Below, in pieces: positions 16,600 through 19,462 of a DNA stretch of 19,462 nt (position 1 is its first letter; the number at the start of each line of letters is the position of its first letter). Location of the stretch: assembly GCA_036339735.1 (NCBI GenBank), contig JAYZAL010000082.1, positions 1-19,462 on the forward strand, given 5' to 3'. The notes below the pieces were generated by a model that was given only the letters and a program-made list of their open reading frames with translations, searched no databases and was not told the origin of the DNA. The position numbers and the translations under genes were made by a program. The DNA comes from Candidatus Poribacteria bacterium (GTDB taxonomy: Bacteria > Poribacteria > WGA-4E > UBA9662).

Positions 16600-17613
16600 A
16601 TGGCATTTCGTGTCGGTCTGGTTGGTACGGGTGGTATTGCGCGTGCACATGGTAATGCTACTCAGCAAATAGATGATGCAATTTTACAGGCGGTATGCGA
16701 TGTTTCGGAAGAATCGGTTAATAGCTTTGGCGATCAGTTTAAAGTTAGTAACCGTTATGCTGACTTGGATCACATGCTCAAAAGTGAAGACCTCGATATC
16801 GCCATTATTTGTACATGGGGTGCCTTCCATGAAAAAGTAGGTGTACAAATTGCAAATTCCGGAAGAGTGAAGGCCATCTTATGCGAAAAGCCCTTCACCT
16901 CTACGGCAGAAGAAGCTGAACGGTTGGTAGCGGCTGCTAGAAAAAACAACATTTTGTTGGCAGAAGCCTTCAAGTTTCGTCATCACCCAATGCATTTAAA
17001 GGCACAAGAATTGATCGATAGCGGAGCGATTGGCGAAGTAATGAACGTTCGAAGCACATTCTGTACTGGTGGTGGAGGTGGTGGACCCGAAACCCGACGG
17101 CCGGAGCAGAATTGGCGCTTCAACAAAGCCAAGGGCGGTGGTAGTATTTATGACTTGGCTTGCTATAACCTACACCACGCCCGTACAGTTTACAAAGCCG
17201 AGCCGGTCCGCGTATTTGCCAGCCAGCAAGCCGGGTTAGAGGTTGATGATGGCGCTTATATTTTGTTAGTTTTTCCCAATGATCGTACAGCTCAAATTTC
17301 AGTAGGCTTTAATTCATGGGGCTCTCAATATGGGGAGATCAATGGTACAGCTGGAAGTTTACGTTTGGACAAAATTTGGAATAATGAAGGGCAAAATGTC
17401 AAGTTAGAATTTCGTTCAAAAGATCACTCTGAGGACTTTGATTTTGAGCCCACATTTCAATTTGCGCATCAACTCCAGCACCTCTGTGATAGTCTGTCAA
17501 CCGGGCAACCCCATCGAATTCCACCTGAAAATAGTATCAACCAAATGTATGTCATTGATGCGGTATACGAGTCCATGAATACTGGAAGATCTGTGGCGTT
17601 AGATCTGTCCTGA
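16600..17613 (+). CDS. Gfo/Idh/MocA family oxidoreductase
   Basis: 337 aa. VGLVGTGGIA, ILCEKPF, EAFKFRHHP and GGGSIYDLACY. GGGAG Shine-Dalgarno upstream. Confidence 0.95.
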   Translation: MAFRVGLVGTGGIARAHGNATQQIDDAILQAVCDVSEESVNSFGDQFKVSNRYADLDHMLKSEDLDIAIICTWGAFHEKVGVQIANSGRVKAILCEKPFTSTAEEAERLVAAARKNNILLAEAFKFRHHPMHLKAQELIDSGAIGEVMNVRSTFCTGGGGGGPETRRPEQNWRFNKAKGGGSIYDLACYNLHHARTVYKAEPVRVFASQQAGLEVDDGAYILLVFPNDRTAQISVGFNSWGSQYGEINGTAGSLRLDKIWNNEGQNVKLEFRSKDHSEDFDFEPTFQFAHQLQHLCDSLSTGQPHRIPPENSINQMYVIDAVYESMNTGRSVALDLS

Positions 17614-17646
17614 TACATTTTAAATTGTTTAGATGATTTTATTAAC

Positions 17647-17672
17647 AACTAAATAGCTATCACTATTTAGTT
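17647..17672. repeat. Perfect 10-bp AT-rich inverted repeat (possible terminator or operator)
   Basis: AACTAAATAG-CTATCA-CTATTTAGTT, about 33 nt after the Gfo stop codon. Confidence 0.5.
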
Positions 17673-17838
17673 CCTGAGGGAATGCTGTGGCTTGAACCAT
17701 CCTTACTTAGCATGAAATAGTCGTGCAAACAGCCTTCAATTCGTGGCAACGGAACTCTAGATAAACTTCTGCAATATCGAATACCCCGCAGTGATAGCCA
17801 TGATGCATTTTATGGCTGAACCAGACAATTCCCTTGGA
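17672..17838. ncRNA. Candidate structured non-coding RNA (6S-RNA-sized); family and strand unresolved
   Basis: The ends pair (TCCTGAGGGAAT with ATTCCCTTGGA) and there are several internal hairpins. Hand count gives about 45% GC against about 19% in the left flank. It lies between convergent genes. Confidence 0.3.
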
Positions 17839-17915
17839 GGGATTAACTAATTTCGACCTAAATACTAAGTTGAAAAGGAAACGATCTGGAATCTAGATGA
17901 TGTCCCAAAGAATTA

Positions 17916-18659
17916 CTAATCGGCTCTATTAGCAGATGTTTGTCCCACTACGCCATAACTATTGCGGTTCTTAGGAGTTATACCAAGAGACACAGAACTA
18001 GTACTCGGTTTTTGGTGTCGAATAAGTCTACCATCAATCAAATAATAAACATCTTCACCGATGCTTGCTGCCAGATCGGCAATTCGTTCTAAGTGTCTAA
18101 TGACCAATAACAAGCTAATACAAGGTTGTACTTTCCTCTCATTTTGTAGCATTGACTGAATTTCATCTACCATCTGGTCATAGAGAAAATCGACCTCAGC
18201 GTCACGCTCGACTACATTTTTTGCCATCACTAAGTCGCGGTTGACGAAAGCGTCAATCACATCTTTTAACATCTTTTGGGATTTATCAGCCATAATCGGT
18301 AAATCAATGTAAGGTTTAATTGGAGGAGATTGGGTCAATTCCAAACTCCGTTTAGAAATATTAACTGCTTTGTCCGCTACCCGTTCAAGGTTTCGACTGA
18401 TATCGTTGATGACCATCAACTGTTGTACTTCTTTTAGTTTAGCTGTAGGCTCGGCCATTAGATGGATACATTTTTCTCGAATATTATTTTCTAATAAGTC
18501 AGCCTCGTCGTCCCTTTCAATGACTCTCTGGGCTAAGTCTGAATCTCTCTCAACGACTGATTCAATTGAATCTCGTACCATATATTCAGCGATACCGCCA
18601 AGGTTGACTAATTGCCTGCGTAACTGTGTGATGAATTGCTCTAGCTGTTCAGAGGACAT
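17916..18659 (-). CDS. phoU: Phosphate signaling complex protein PhoU
   Basis: Two PhoU repeats: VIERDDEADLLE...NLERVADKAVNI and VVERDAEVDFLY...HLERIADLAASIGEDVYYLIDG..IRH. Confidence 0.95.
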   Translation of the reverse strand: MSSEQLEQFITQLRRQLVNLGGIAEYMVRDSIESVVERDSDLAQRVIERDDEADLLENNIREKCIHLMAEPTAKLKEVQQLMVINDISRNLERVADKAVNISKRSLELTQSPPIKPYIDLPIMADKSQKMLKDVIDAFVNRDLVMAKNVVERDAEVDFLYDQMVDEIQSMLQNERKVQPCISLLLVIRHLERIADLAASIGEDVYYLIDGRLIRHQKPSTSSVSLGITPKNRNSYGVVGQTSANRAD

Positions 18660-18697
18660 TATATAACCTTCATTAACTAATCAATAACTAATAAAAC

Positions 18698-19462
18698 CTA
18701 TGTACCGGTGGGGATATTTTTTGGGTCTGGCAAGGGTTGAAGTAAAAACTCTCTTAGTTCACGTAATCTATGCTCAGTTTCCCTGTCTCGTTTGTCCAGT
18801 AGGGCAATAAAAACTTCACCAATAATATCAGTTAAACGACGAAATTGAAATTGATGAGAAAAATTACTTTTATTAATGCCATAAGCTTGGAATAGGCGTT
18901 GGCCAAAGTCGTCACCGTAGCTGTCTTGTAGATGATACAAATCTTCTCTCGCATCACTAATTCTAATATCTTCAAAGTCAATAATACCTTCAATTAAGTT
19001 TGTATTAGTATTGAATAAAATGTGACGCGATTGAAGGTCGCCGTGAATTAATGTCGGTTGGTAATCAAATTCGCCCAAATTTCGTCGGTAAAAATCGAAC
19101 CAATACTGGCAACGTTCCTGCTGGTCCGAATTTAGATGTAAATAAAGTCGTTTCTCAGCAAACTGAATAATATCTTCTATTGGTACTGCTTCAAACTGCC
19201 GGTAAGGAATACCAAAGGAAACTGCTTCTTCAACTGGAAAGCTGTGCAACACCCGCAAAAAACCAACCAACTGCTCAATAACAACGTCCTTTTTTTGGTT
19301 GGACAAACGATGGTAGTGCTTTCCCTCAAAAGGCTCACCTTCAATCATTGAGTAGCTACAAAAAGGTAAGCCGTTATCCATATGACTAATCTTTTCGAAT
19401 TGTGGAATAGAAATTGGCATTTGAGGTCCTAGCTGAGGCAATAGCTGTTCTTCCCATCTGAG
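18698..19462 (-). CDS. Aminoglycoside phosphotransferase/choline kinase-family (APH) protein; 5' end outside the window
   Basis: YSMIEG, FLRVLHS, Brenner motif LIHGDLQSRHIL and GIIDFED. The frame stays open beyond the TTG at 19441 to the window edge (LRWEEQLLPQL). Confidence 0.88.
   Translation of the reverse strand, partial: LRWEEQLLPQLGPQMPISIPQFEKISHMDNGLPFCSYSMIEGEPFEGKHYHRLSNQKKDVVIEQLVGFLRVLHSFPVEEAVSFGIPYRQFEAVPIEDIIQFAEKRLYLHLNSDQQERCQYWFDFYRRNLGEFDYQPTLIHGDLQSRHILFNTNTNLIEGIIDFEDIRISDAREDLYHLQDSYGDDFGQRLFQAYGINKSNFSHQFQFRRLTDIIGEVFIALLDKRDRETEHRLRELREFLLQPLPDPKNIPTGT

Noticed and set aside
16023-18666. Small antisense ORFs over the Gfo genes and phoU
   Set aside because: Antisense shadows without motifs or ribosome-binding sites.
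1-19462. CRISPR arrays, tRNA/rRNA, IS elements, integrases, prophage or defence genes
   Set aside because: No regularly spaced repeats, cloverleafs, transposase or integrase motifs, or phage genes were seen by eye.

Overview
Bacterial chromosomal window, roughly 40% GC, with about 19 densely packed CDSs and no mobile element, rRNA, tRNA or CRISPR array. A conserved housekeeping block (rplU-rpmA-terminator-obgE-proB, minus strand) is surrounded by catabolic and accessory genes: an M60-like zinc peptidase (5'-truncated), a SAM methyltransferase, a VOC/glyoxalase, a secreted alpha/beta hydrolase, three Gfo/Idh/MocA oxidoreductases, two Cys-type sulfatases with a class V aminotransferase, a THUMP rRNA methyltransferase, an orphan phoU and an APH-family kinase (5'-truncated). 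The many Gfo/Idh/MocA and sulfatase genes suggest a marine polysaccharide degrader such as Ca. Poribacteria, but that is inference only. Three signals stand out. (1) The Fpg/Nei glycosylase looks like animal NEIL1 (zincless finger) rather than bacterial Fpg/Nei, and lies 1 nt upstream of a membrane-anchored L,D-transpeptidase. (2) A symmetric bidirectional sigma70 promoter is shared by that operon and the THUMP gene. (3) A ~170-nt structured element between convergent genes is a candidate ncRNA. All family comparisons are from recalled motifs; no searches were run.
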